The notes beneath the pieces are model-generated. The model ran no database searches. It saw only the letters and a list, made by a program, of their open reading frames with translations, and was not told the origin of the DNA. A stretch of DNA of 48,838 nt, from contig JAQGDQ010001299.1 in NCBI GenBank assembly GCA_030141605.1, positions 1-48,838 on the forward strand, read 5' to 3'. Positions 13,267 through 25,085 of the stretch are shown piece by piece. Both the position numbers and the translations under genes were made by a program. The stretch's first letter is position 1. Every line of letters starts with the position of its first letter. Source of the DNA: Tubiluchus corallicola (Eukaryota; Animalia; Priapulida).

Positions 13267-14730
13267 TATATATATATATATATCTCGGGGAGAGCATTAT
13301 TAGTAAATTTATGCATAAATTTAAATACCTGGAGAGTATATATGTCTTTTACTTTTAATAGGTTTAAATGAGGGCGTCGCATGGTTTCACACCGGTCTGA
13401 GAAAGTAATAAATTTAACAGTTTTATTTTGGGCTGTAATTAACTGTTGCAGGCTATTACTTTTTGCTCTCCCCCAACATAGAATAGAGAAAAGCAAATAG
13501 GGATGTATGAGAGAATAGTACATCGTCTTGAGGGTTTTTGTATCTATGTAGTACCTAAGTTTGCAGAATATACTGGAGTTTTTATTGACTTTATATGCAA
13601 TGATTTTTATATGTGTATTCCATTTCAAGTCAATGTCTAAATGTAGTCCTAGATATTTGATGCAGGTTGTTTGATGAAGAACATTACTGTTTATCAAAAT
13701 TTTGATTGTAATAGGCAGAACAGGTTTCTTAGTAATCAACATGTTCTTAGACTTGTTATAATTCACTGATAGTTTGTTAGCTATCATCCAATTGCTAATT
13801 TTGATTAGTTCTTCATTAGTTCTAGTTTCAAGACTGAGATTGGTGTCAGATATCAATAGGTTAGTATCGTCGGCAAACATGCGCATATTAAAGTTAGATG
13901 CCATAGGAAGATCATTTATATAAATAAGAAATAGTAATGGGCCCAATGTTGACCCCTGGGGAACTCTGCAGGTGAAGTGTGATCGATTTGAAGAGGTATT
14001 ATTGATGACGGTGAATTGTTGACGATTAGATAAGTAAGATGTTAGTAGCTGAAGTGCAGTGCCTCTGACGCCAAAATGTTGTAATTTGTAAAGAAGTATA
14101 TTGTGCTGCACAGTATCAAATGTTTTAGATAAGTCAAGAAATATAGCACACGTATAGAGTTTGTTATCAATGTTGTGCAGCATGTTTTCAATAAATTCAG
14201 CAGTAGCTAACTCTGTGCAGTAGTTTTTCCTAAATCCAAATTGAAATTTTGATATAACGTTTGTATTAATAAAAAAATTTATTTAGTCTATCAAAAATTA
14301 TATTTTCAAAGATTTTTGTTATTGGAGATAGTATAGAAATTGGCCTATAATTAGAGGGATTATTAGTATCATCAGATTTAAATACAGGAACAATTTTTGC
14401 AATCATGAATATATCTGGAAATATTAAACTTGAAATAGCATAGTTAAACATAGTGGTTAATGCAGGTGATATAATATCAACTGCAAGTTTATAAAACATT
14501 TTCATGCCCAGGGGATTTGTTATTTTTTAATTTCAAAATATGTTTTTTTTGGTTTCACAATTCTCTACTGGATTGAGAAAAATAGTTTGTCTATTTTCGC
14601 TTTGAGATATGAATAGAAATGTTGAGCAGCAGGTGCAAAGTTTTTACACATATTGTTCCCAACAGATTGAAAGAAAGTATTAAAAGCATGAGCTGTGTTA
14701 ACAAAATTAGTTTCAGTCTGTCAATTATTT
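12360..14730 (-). mobile_element. Decayed 5'-truncated CR1/L2-group LINE (RT pseudogene plus 3' UTR)
   Basis: ORFs 14266..14505 and 13155..14183 contain NYRPISIL, FLDLSKTFDTV, VPQGSTLGPLLFLIYINDL, FADDT and KYLG, with a frameshift between them; 3' end aataaa...(ttgaa)n near 12360; boundaries approximate. Confidence 0.88.
13180..13284. repeat. (CA)n-(TA)n compound microsatellite (mirror ~24193..24255)
   Basis: Visible run at the end of the LINE ORF; other (TA)n runs at ~15895..15961, 18851..18894 and 21799..21863. Confidence 0.95.
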
Positions 14731-15902
14731 GTAGCTCCTGTAGGCATAATATAAGTTTAAGAATTCAAACTCTTTAATCCGATTTTTCTAATGATAATGA
14801 AACATCACGCAAATAGCAAAATTTAGTTGCAAGCTGTGCTCAGTTTTTGGCTTCTTGCGATAGAAGAAAAAGAAACAATACATGTGATATTTGAGAAACT
14901 GAGTGCATTTTATACCTAATTAGATACACATAAATAATTTAGATAAGTTAGCCTAGCTTAATAATCAACTTTTGCACTAACCAAAACTTACAAAATACAT
15001 GGCAGGTGAAAAAGGATAGCAACATAACAACTTGATATGCTTCATTGTATATAAAATTAAGTCTTTTGGTTGAAAAATAATTACAAATGTTATTCATTTA
15101 TATTAACAATGCTGTTTTACACCTGTCCACATTTATATAGAATGTTAAATATAAATAATTATATAATAATATATTTGTGAAGAATGCTCATTTTTTCAGA
15201 AGTTTGTGGGAGAGACATCGGCCTGATATTTAATTTTTTGATTAGAATTTAACAAATACGTGGGAACGTATATAGTCTAATTTGGTTTTTTAGAAAAAGG
15301 TGCATAATGCTTAAGTTTACAGTTGTTAATTAAAATGGTTTGCTGCTATTGAAATATGTAATTTAGATTAATTCTTGACTTTTAATAAAAGCCGCACAAC
15401 TATTTCATTAAAAGAGTGGCCACCCAAAAATAATTTATTGCAACTTACATGATTTGGCGCATTTACATTATTACTTTCTATCACAGCAGGACAACCAATC
15501 ATATATAATTATTCACTTTAGCACATAGTTAATACAATAAACACAGAGTACTAATGTTAGATATATAACGCACAAATCAGCACATAACTAAAAAAAAACT
15601 GTTGAAAAGAGAAAAAATATAACCTAACGAATTCGGCTGATCATATGACGTTTGCTTGTAGGAATAGCAAGCGTCAAATGGTCCCTGTACAAGGGTGACG
15701 AAGGAATTCATAACTTTTGAATGAAGCCCGTATAAATAATTCAAGTTAACCTAATTGAACGACTCTAAGTAGATTTGCAAAGGTTGTAGGAAACGGAATA
15801 AACTAGTTTGCAATACTGTAAATGAAAAGTCTAACAGCAGAGTAGAACTCAATCACGGGAATCCATGACAATATTATATTATATAAAATATTTTATATAT
15901 AT

Positions 15903-15936
<34 letters not shown>

Positions 15937-15974
15937 GATAGATATAGATATATATATATATTATTTTGTTGCAG

Positions 15975-16120
15975 GTGATGGTCTCTACCTTGACACAACA
16001 AAAGCTGTTATCCTTCATCTAAAAACAGGAGACGAAGTTTATGTCATACATGCTAGTAATCATGCCACCATTGTCACATCTTCTCATTGCAGCATATTCA
16101 ATGGTTATCTAGTTAGCTAA
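15975..16120 (+). CDS. Terminal exon of a C1q-domain-containing gene (upstream exons not found; may be a pseudogene)
   Basis: Acceptor ttttgttgcag then DGLYLDTTKAVILHLKTGDEVYVIHASNHATIVTSSHCSIFNGYLVS*; the LxLxxGDEVxV...SxFxGYL pattern is the C-terminus of the gC1q domain. Confidence 0.7.
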
Positions 16121-16510
16121 AATTTTTTCCAACTTGTATTTAATCCCAAACAAAAGTTCTGGATCGATTACCATAACATTATCGTACCAGAATATCTAAA
16201 TTTATATAATTAATATTGATATAATAATAATATTATTCAATGGCTATCTAGTTAGCTAAATTTTTTCCAACTTGTATTTAATCCCAAACAAAAGTTTTGG
16301 ATTGATTACCATAACATTATCATACCAGAATATCTGAATTTATATAATTAATATTGATATAATAATAATATTATTCAATGGCTATCTAGTTAGCTAAAAT
16401 TTTTTCCCAACTTGTATTTAATCCCAAACAAAAGTTTTGGATTGATTACCATAACATTATCATACCAGAATATCTGAATTTATATAATTAATATTGATAC
16501 AATATTAATA
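16096..16510. repeat. ~139-bp x3 tandem repeat covering the C1q stop codon and 3' flank (mirror at 21250..21663)
   Basis: attcaatggYtatctagttagctaaa starts at 16096, 16235 and 16373. Confidence 0.92.
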
Positions 16511-16526
16511 TTTATATATCAATTAT

Positions 16527-16679
16527 TCTTCTTCCCAGCTTTTCCCTATGCGGGGTTACCGTTGTGAATGAGTCTTCTCCACGCATTCCTGTTGTTGACC
16601 ATCTCTTCATTTATGTCTTCCCTTCCCACATGATCTTCACCGAGTCTTCTTTTCAGATGTCCATACCATCGCAATCTTG
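16527..16679 (-). mobile_element. 3' 153 bp of the same RTE-derived element, cut at the palindrome junction
   Basis: Reverse complement of 21080..21232; lacks the ribozyme and the 5' TSD. Confidence 0.85.
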
Positions 16680-16899
16680 GATGCCACCAGAGGTATTAGT
16701 ACAAGAAAAATTTATAACTACATGAAGACAATAAAAATTGAAACAGTAAAAATTTTTAGCAGTAACATTTTCTAAAATTTACACAAAAAGCTATCTAGGT
16801 CAATAAAAAATTTTCGCCAACATTTCAGCATTTAATTACGACTTAACAAAATTGGGAAGTTCGCTGAATTTACAAATGGCACATTTACATGATACACCA

Positions 16900-17075
16900 G
16901 TCCACGAGTTAATTTGATTTTCGGCCATTCGGAGACAGTTTGATAATCCATTCCACAATGTGGCTCCATAATAGAAGAAACTTTTCTTGCCATATGCCTT
17001 TTAGTTTAAAAGTAGAGTAAACCAGGTGCACATCACATCTACCTCGTGGTTCCTAAATACTTATGAAAAGAACTG
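16900..17075 (-). mobile_element. CR1/L2 ORF2 C-terminal relic
   Basis: Minus strand reads AYGKKSFFYYGATLWNGLSNCLR, matching the SFxYxGxxLWNxL end motif of these LINEs. Confidence 0.6.
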
Positions 17076-17625
17076 AATTAAACTAGAAGCCGGATGAGTA
17101 ATAATCGAAAAACTGACCGATGTTCAGTTATCTTTGATCCTTTCACCTGAGGTCACCATACCGCTGCCCGTTCCCCAGCCACTTGTGTCTATCCACCAAG
17201 TTTGGTGAGTCGAGGTACCATCATTTTGGAGTTATGCACTGTCTATGAAATGTGTAAATCTGTACTGGAGTAATACTTAAACCCCATGTTTTACTATTGT
17301 ACATAAATATTGTGGTAACGCAAGTATTAAATGATCTCAGTCTTATATTAAGATTTAATTTCTTGCTAGTTAACACATTCTTGTGTTAAAAAAAGCGTGT
17401 ATTGCTTGTTGCTTTCTACTTTTAATATCATCTTTGGTTCTCTGAGTTCAGTAATAAAAGGCGACGCCAAAAAGTTTTATCGTTGTCAATAGATGGCGCA
17501 ACGTCGATTTACAATGAGAATGATGTTACTGCAAACTGCTTGGTCATCGTTAGTCATTTTCCGGTTGCATTCAGTGCTTTATTTAACTAGTAAGATATTA
17601 AGTTTAGTACAAAGTTATTACATGC

Positions 17626-18847
17626 ATGGCTTCGTACTTTGATGAGCACAATTGTGAGCCATTAGGACATGGAGAACAACCCAATCATCTTTTACATTTG
17701 GCAAGGTATGACTGTAAATTCATTTGATAGTGCATCTTTCTGCCTTTAGGCTAGCTTAATACGGCACGATTCTAACACATTTTTTCAACTTTATATTGAG
17801 ACGTTCTGGCCAATTGTCTGTAAAATACCTGTTTTATCAGTTGTGTTAATGACTAATTGCTCAATTTTAAAGTCGAGTTAATCAGGCTTATATATATTTT
17901 TGGAATGGGCATCATACTCATAGTGATCTTCATAATAAGCCTTTTCATAATTTCGTTGTGTACACGCGCAGTTGCTGTAGGTCTAGTTCTCTTGCGTTGT
18001 CTGGCTCACTTAACCTTTGACGCTTTCGTGAACATTATCAATTTCTATAACTGTGAAAAGACTTATTGTATACTGTTTATGGCTATCACTAAGGTTTCTA
18101 ATAATTTCTATGGGGTCATAATATACAGAGCTTATTTTTGACATAGTCACATATAATTATAATAATAGTAATAATAATTCAACACATCATTTTGCACTCT
18201 TCAAGAAAATGCTTCTGTAGTCATGGTGACTAGTCATCATTTAAGGAATTGTTATAATTATTGATTTGCACCAATATAACAGGAAACTGATTATCATTGT
18301 TTTTGTTTAATTCAGGCTGTTACTAGATAGCGGAGTTGGGATGCAGCTTGATATGGAATATTCAGAATTGATGGGAGAGCAGAAAGCGCCACCTGCTGCC
18401 AAATCTGAAGTCGAAAAACTACCTGTTGTTCAACTGAGCAAAGAAGATATAGGTACATACAAGTGTATTAAAAAATTATGTAATGTAATACGTGTTATGT
18501 TAGTTTTGTAATGTCAAATGTATAAATAGTGTAAATGTAATGAGTGAAATTTATGTAATGTAAAGCATGTTTCTGTTAATTGTGTCATGTTAAATGTATA
18601 TATAGTGTAAAATGTGTCATGTAAAATTATATGTATTTTTGTAATATTGTTTTGTATAAATATTTTAATATGGTGTTTGTAAATATGTTCATTTATTGTA
18701 TATAATTAGGCCTTAGTTTTGCACTTTAGTTTTTTTTTAGTATGCACTGGACGCATTTGTCTTGAACAGTGTTGTTATTTTAACATTACGCTGAGGCTTA
18801 CTCAATTTTATTATAATGAGTGAACCATTTTAATGACAAATAAAGAA

Positions 18848-18896
<49 letters not shown>

Positions 18897-20439
18897 ATGT
18901 TGATATCACATTGTTGATATCAACCCCACGTAGTGTAAACATTGGAGTACCACAAGGCTCGATCCTCGGACCTCAACTTTTCTTAATCTATATTACCGAT
19001 TTGAAGAAATAACTTGTTACAGTTAACTCAATTTGCAGACGATCTTCTTCAATCTCAGTAATTTTTCAATTGACACGACTAACTTTGCCTACTATGCTAA
19101 GAAATTTTTGTTTAGGTTATGAATGTGTTTTGTACTCAAGTTTATAATAGCCTGTAGGCAAACGTGTATACTGGAGCAGTACACATATGCTAAACAATTA
19201 CTACACAAGTGTAAAAACATTTAGTCATGTCAAGCAAATATTACGCTTCTCTCTGGCGGAAAAAGAGCCTGCCAATGTTTTCTTGTCAATTGCCACTATG
19301 ACTGTTGCATTACAATAATATTACTGTGATGAAGCGGTGTGCTGTACAGCTTGCAAACAATCAAAACATGATAGCAGACATTCTACGCAAATGACATCTG
19401 GTCAGTGTCAATGACTCATCGGAGGATATAGCAGTCTCATACAGCTGCAGTATATATATTGATAAGCCATTAGCACTAGTTGCGACTGCTGGCAATATTT
19501 TCCCATTGAACATGTTACATGTACATACAATCATAAGCCTTCTTAGAGTTTCGGCGATTGATGATGATCATGAAAAGGTCAAATTTTAAGTGTACCAGAC
19601 AATGCATTTGTGTACACTTGACAATGCCTCGCAGCCCAACCTGTTGTAATAGAAACAGTTCTAACCAGTTCTTACCTGGTTCATTTCTTCTTTTTCCCAA
19701 GCAAGATCCTACTAGTAAATCACTCTTCGCACAGACTAATGCGTAATTAAGTAAAATCAGCGTAAAACAACTGAAGTTACTGAACTTATGCTGCAGACGG
19801 CTTTGCTTTGCCCGCATCTCACGTGACAGTTTATTTTAAGACGTGTTACTGTGACACACTTAACCTGTGACCTACCGCAACTGCACGTGTGCACAACAAA
19901 ACTGTGAAAAGACTTATTTGTCTGATGGATGGCGGGTAACTTGAGGCTGAGCAATGGTTATTTTGATACATATTTGAATACAGCTGTTTTGTTTTTCACT
20001 TTTTGCAAGCGATAAATGTGTTTGACAGAACAGCAGGGCGATTTAATCAGGTTTGACTGTAATTATGATTGCTGAATATCAGTTTAGACAGAATAACTGA
20101 AAAAAATTACTCAGTTTCATGATGATCTTAGTTGACACTTAATTGTCTATTTCTTTGTATTTTAATTGCTCACTTTTACTTGTTTCAGTTCGACGGGCCG
20201 CGTGCCCGATATGTCTGCTGGATTTTGATGTAGAGGATCGTGTGCGTCGCATGCCATGTGGACATCAGTTTCATGATTCGTGTATCGTTCCGTGGTTAGC
20301 GCAGACGAACAGTTGTCCCGTGTGCAGGCACGAACTGCCTACCGATGATCAGGAATACGAGGAGTACAGAAGACAAAAATTGCTAGCGAAAGATCGCCAG
20401 GAACGAATAGATAACCTGCACAACAGCATGTTTAGCTAG
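17626..20439 (+). CDS. RNF181: E3 ubiquitin-protein ligase RNF181 (RING-H2), 155 aa; exons 17626..17705, 18316..18452, 20189..20439
   Basis: GT-AG introns with matching phases give [33 protein letters not shown]...[15 protein letters not shown]...[57 protein letters not shown]...[10 protein letters not shown]. The MASYFDEH start, PPAAK, TNSCPxCRxELPTDD and LHxxM end are characteristic of RNF181. Confidence 0.95.
18921..19045 (+). mobile_element. LINE RT fragment in RNF181 intron 2
   Basis: Translates [23 protein letters not shown] then, after a stop, QFADD. Confidence 0.8.
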
Positions 20440-20796
20440 CATTCAATTCTGGATTTTACGAACACGTTGTTGCTAGTGGTGACATCTAGTTGGCGGGAAG
20501 AGCAATTCTGTACTGTGATCTTTTGACATTTTTAAATCTTAATTCAGGCTTGATTTCAGCCTTGATTTGCATTTCAATCGTAACAGAAAAGTTTCAGTAA
20601 ATGCTAAATATTAATGTATAAGTTTATTTATTATAACTTTGAAACTTTATTCATGTGATGATAAATCTGAAAATGGCGTTAGTCATGTCTATACGTTTAA
20701 TGCCTCTATGCTGGAAAAAAGCAAAAACCCTCGGAGACAAAAAAAACTTTTAATAATTTTCGAGCCTTAATTATTATATAATATAATTGATATATA

Positions 20797-20875
20797 AATA
20801 ACCTTGCCACTGGGGGAGGGGGGCAAGCCAGCCCAACTCAATGCCGGTCCCAAGCCCGGATAAATAGGGAGGGTT
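20797..20875 (+). ncRNA. Twister ribozyme (P1-type) at the 5' end of an RTE-derived element
   Basis: U|AAC-CUU-GC-[P3]-CAAUGCCGGUCCCAAGCCCGGAUAAA-UAGG-GAGGG-UU. The 26-nt core and GAGGG match the rice Osa-1-4 twister as recalled; P2 CCUU/UAGG keeps 3 of 4 pairs; P4 CCGG/CCGG and both pseudoknots (CCC/GGG, GC/GC) are intact. Confidence 0.85.
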
Positions 20876-21232
20876 AGAGTCAGGAAGGGCATCCGCCTGT
20901 AAAAACTGCACCAAAACCTTGACTAGATGAATGAGTCGGTGAGACTTAAAGGTAAAGTCCACAAAGAAGTGGTCAGACCCGCTCTAATCTATGGGCTGGA
21001 AGCAGCTTCTCTAAAGAAGACTGAGGAGAAGAAAATGGGTGTGGTGGAGATGAGGATGTTGAGATGGATGGTGGGATCGCAAGATTGCGATGGTATGGAC
21101 ATCTGAAAAGAAGACTCGGTGAAGATCATGTGGGAAGGGAAGACATAAATGAAGAGATGGTCAACAACAGGAATGCGTGGAGAAGACTCATTCACAACGG
21201 TAACCCCGCATAGGGAAAAGCTGGGAAGAAGA
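20800..21232 (+). mobile_element. Non-autonomous, internally deleted RTE-clade retroelement (SINE-like, ~430 bp)
   Basis: 18-bp direct repeat ataattgatatataaata at 20783..20800 and 21233..21250; (GAA)n tail; relic peptides [21 protein letters not shown]...[10 protein letters not shown] and [11 protein letters not shown] typical of the RTE ORF C-terminus. Confidence 0.88.
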
Positions 21233-21638
21233 ATAATTGATATATAAATATTAATATTGTATCAATATTAATTATATAAATTCAGATATTCTGGTATGAT
21301 AATGTTATGGTAATCAATCCAAAACTTTTGTTTGGGATTAAATACAAGTTGGGAAAAAATTTTAGCTAACTAGATAGCCATTGAATAATATTATTATTAT
21401 ATCAATATTAATTATATCAATTCAGATATTCTGGTATGATAATGTTATGGTAATCAATCCAAAACTTTTGTTTGGGATTAAATACAAGTTGGAAAAAATT
21501 TAGCTAACTAGATAGCCATTGAATAATATTATTATTATATCAATATTAATTATATAAATTTAGATATTCTGGTACGATAATGTTATGGTAATCGATCCAG
21601 AACTTTTGTTTGGGATTAAATACAAGTTGGAAAAAATT

Positions 21639-21784
21639 TTAGCTAACTAGATAACCATTGAATATGCTGCAATGAGAAGATGTGACAATGGTGGCATGAT
21701 TACTAGCATGTATGACATAAACTTCGTCTCCTGTTTTTAGATGAAGGATAACAGCTTTTGTTGTGTCAAGGTAGAGACCATCAC
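21639..21784 (-). CDS. Mirror copy of the C1q-domain terminal exon, convergent with RNF181
   Basis: Reverse complement of 15975..16120; lies within ORF 21639..21893. Confidence 0.7.
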
Positions 21785-21816
21785 CTGCAACAAAATAATA
21801 TATATATATATCTATA

Positions 21817-21870
<54 letters not shown>

Positions 21871-23029
21871 TTTATATAATATAATATTGTCATGGATTCC
21901 CGTGATTGAGTTCTACTCTGCTGTTAGACCTTTCATTTACAGTATTGCAAACTAGTTTATTCCGTTTCCTACAGCCTTTGCAAATCTACTTAGAGTCGTT
22001 CAATTAGGTTAACTTGAATTATTTATACGGGCTTCATTCAAAAGTTATGAATTCCTTCGTCACCCTTGTACAGGGACCATTTGACGCTTGCTATTCCTAC
22101 AAGCAAACGTCATATGATCAGCCGAATTCGTTAGGTTATATTTTTTTCTCTTTTCAACAGTTTTTTTTTAGTTATGTGCTGATTTGTGCGTTATATATCT
22201 AGGATTGGTACTCTGTGTTTATTGTATTAACTATGTGCTAAAGTGAATAATTATATATGATTGGTTGTCCTGCTGTGATAGAAAGTAATAATGTAAATGC
22301 GCCAAATCTTGTAAGTTGCAATAAATTGTAATTTGGGTGGCCACTCTTTTAATGAAATAGTTGTGCGGCTTTTATTAAAAGTCAAGAATTAATCTAAATT
22401 ATATATTTCAATAGCAGCAAACCATTTTAATTAACAACTCGTAGACGTAATCGTTATGCATCTTTTTCTATGAAAACAAATTAGACTATATACATTCCCA
22501 CGCATTTGTTTAATTCTAATCAACAAATTAGAAACCAGGCCGATGTCTTTCCCACAAACTTCTGAAAAAATGAGCATTTTTCACAAATATATTATTATAT
22601 AATTATTTATATTCAATATTCTATATAAATGTGGACAAGTGTAAAACAGCATTGTTAATATAAATGAATAACATTTGTAATTATTTTCCAACCAAAAGAC
22701 TTAATTTTATATACAATGAAGCGTATCAAGTTGTTATCTTGATATCCTTTTTCACCTGCCATGTATTTTGTAAGCTTTGGTTAGCAGAAAAGTTGATTAT
22801 TAAGCTAGGCTAACTTATCTAAATTATTTATGTGTATCTAATTAGGTATGAAATGCACTCAGTCTCTCAAATATCACATGTATTGTTTGTTTTTCTTCTA
22901 TCACAAGAAGCCAAAAACTGTGCACAGCTTGCAACTAAGTTTTGCTATTCGCATGATGTTTCATTATCATTAGAAAAATCGGATTAAAGAGTTTGAATTC
23001 TTAAACTTATATTATGCCTACAGGAGCTA

Positions 23030-24025
23030 CAAATAATTGACAGACTGAAACTAATTTTGTTAACACAGCTCATGCTTTTAATACTTTCTTTCAATCTGTT
23101 GGGAACATTATGTGTAAAAACTTTCCACCTGCTGCTCAACCTTTCTATTCATATCTCAAAGCGAAAATAGACAAACTATTTTTCTCAATCCAGTAGAGAC
23201 TTGTGACACCAAAAAAAAAAATATATTATGAAATTAAAAAATAACAAATCCCCTGGTAATGAAAATGTTCAAACCATGTTTTATAAACTTACAGTTGATA
23301 TTATATCACCTGTATTAACTACTAACTAATACCTCTTCAGATCGACCACACGTCACCTGTGGAATTCCCCAGGGGTTAACATTGGGCCCATTACTATTTC
23401 TTATTTATATAAATGATCTTCCTATGGCATCTAACTTTAATATGCGCGTGTTTGCAGACGATGCTATCCTATTCATATCTGACACCAATCTTCTTAGTCT
23501 TGAAACTAGAACTAATCAAAATTAGCAATTGGATGATAGCTAACAAACTAACAATAAATTATAACAAGACTAAGTACATGTTGATTACTAAGAAACCTGT
23601 TCTACCTATTACAATCAAAATAAACAGTAATGTTCTTCATCAAACAACCTGCATCAAATATCTAGGACTACATTTAGACGTTGGCTTGAAATGGAATACA
23701 CATATAAAAACCATTGCATATAAAGTCAATAAAAACTCCAGTATATTCTGCAAACTTAGGTACTACATAGATACAAAAACCCTCAAGATGATATACTATT
23801 CTCTCATACATCCCTATTTGCTTTTCTCTATTCTATGTTGGGGGAGAGCAAAAAGTAATAGCCTGCGACAGTTAATTACAGCCCAAAATAAAACTGTTAA
23901 ATTTATTACTTTCTCAAACCGGTGTGAAACCATGCGACGCCCTCATTTAAACCTATTAAAAGTAAAAGACATATATACTCTCCAGTTATTTAAATTTATG
24001 CATAAATTTACTAATAATGCTCTCC

Positions 24026-24056
<31 letters not shown>

Positions 24057-24215
24057 TGTATATTTATCTGTGTGTGTGAAACCGGTGTGAAACCATGCGA
24101 CGCCCTCAGTTAAACCTATTAAAAGTAAAAGACATATATACTCTCCAGTTATTTAAATTTATGCATAAATTTACTAATAATGCTCTCCCCGAGATATATA
24201 TATACTGTATATATA

Positions 24216-24257
<42 letters not shown>

Positions 24258-25085
24258 CCAAAGCCACATGGGTGCTGGTAATGCATTACACGGGTTTACT
24301 ATCCTATTCCTAAAAATAAAAAAACATGCTCTGTGTGCTTTACTTTGCTATTGGCTAGCTTGAAACCTCTGTCCATTGTGGTAGGTCGCTGAACAGCGCC
24401 AGTCCGATTGGAAATATGCTTGCTTGCCTGCTTGAATATATTTGCTATATTTATGAAAAAATTTCTTTTTTTTAAACTGTCACATTTAAAATTTAATTGC
24501 AGTTTTTTTTGTTTGCTGTTCATTTAATAGCTGCATTTATAAATTGACTGCATTGCTTGCTTTTTGTGTATATTTGTCACATTATGATTACTGATTGCTT
24601 TTGTTCATTTATTACAATTAGGGTAAGACTTACTGCACACATTTTCTTCCTTTTGTTTATTTGTTGGGCATTCATTATTTAACTACATTTTCGTTCATTT
24701 ACTGCACTTTAGTTCATTCGCTGCACTTATGACTTAACCAGATTGCTTGCTTTTTTGTCGTTGCATTCATGACTTAACTGCATCTTGTTCAGTTGTTGGT
24801 TTAATTTTCAACTGTATTATTTGCTTGCTTTTTTCAATTGGTATAATTATAATATAGCTGCTTTCTATTTTGTTTATTTGCTACACTTAAGATCTAACCA
24901 CATATTATTCATTTAACCATGTAGTCTGTCGTGCTTAATTGTACTATTCCTAAGTTATATAGGGGTGGCTGACTCGATGACCTCCTGGTCTCTCGCCACC
25001 CCATCTCTGCACACTTTACATAATTTGTTGTATTTGCGCTATAAATATTATATTAGAGATAAATAAACCTTTTGAATTGAATTGT
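23030..25085 (+). mobile_element. Mirror copy of the LINE with ~450-bp internal deletion and 163-bp tandem duplication
   Basis: ORF 23413..24090; junction near 23324 skips left-arm ~14002..14452; aaaccggtgtgaaaccatgcg occurs at both 23916 and 24079. Confidence 0.85.

Larger units (their letters stand above)
1..16679. repeat. Left arm of giant inverted duplication (open at window start)
   Basis: Position 1 (aacaggactgtcc...) pairs with 37558; mirrored ORF pairs throughout (4849..5604+/31908..32663-, 9131..9889-/28149+); match stops at ...gcaatcttg 16679 vs caagattgc 21080. Confidence 0.97.

Noticed and set aside
16689-16700. 12-bp reverse-complement match (actaatacctct) to the LINE deletion junction near 23325
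   Set aside because: Short and AT-rich, with part explained by LINE sequence; compatible with chance.
17080-17250. Helentron/HINE-like fragment (similar look at ~45230..45380)
   Set aside because: Resemblance only (aactagaa start, ccaagtttggt, ggagttat); no subterminal inverted repeats or defined ends.
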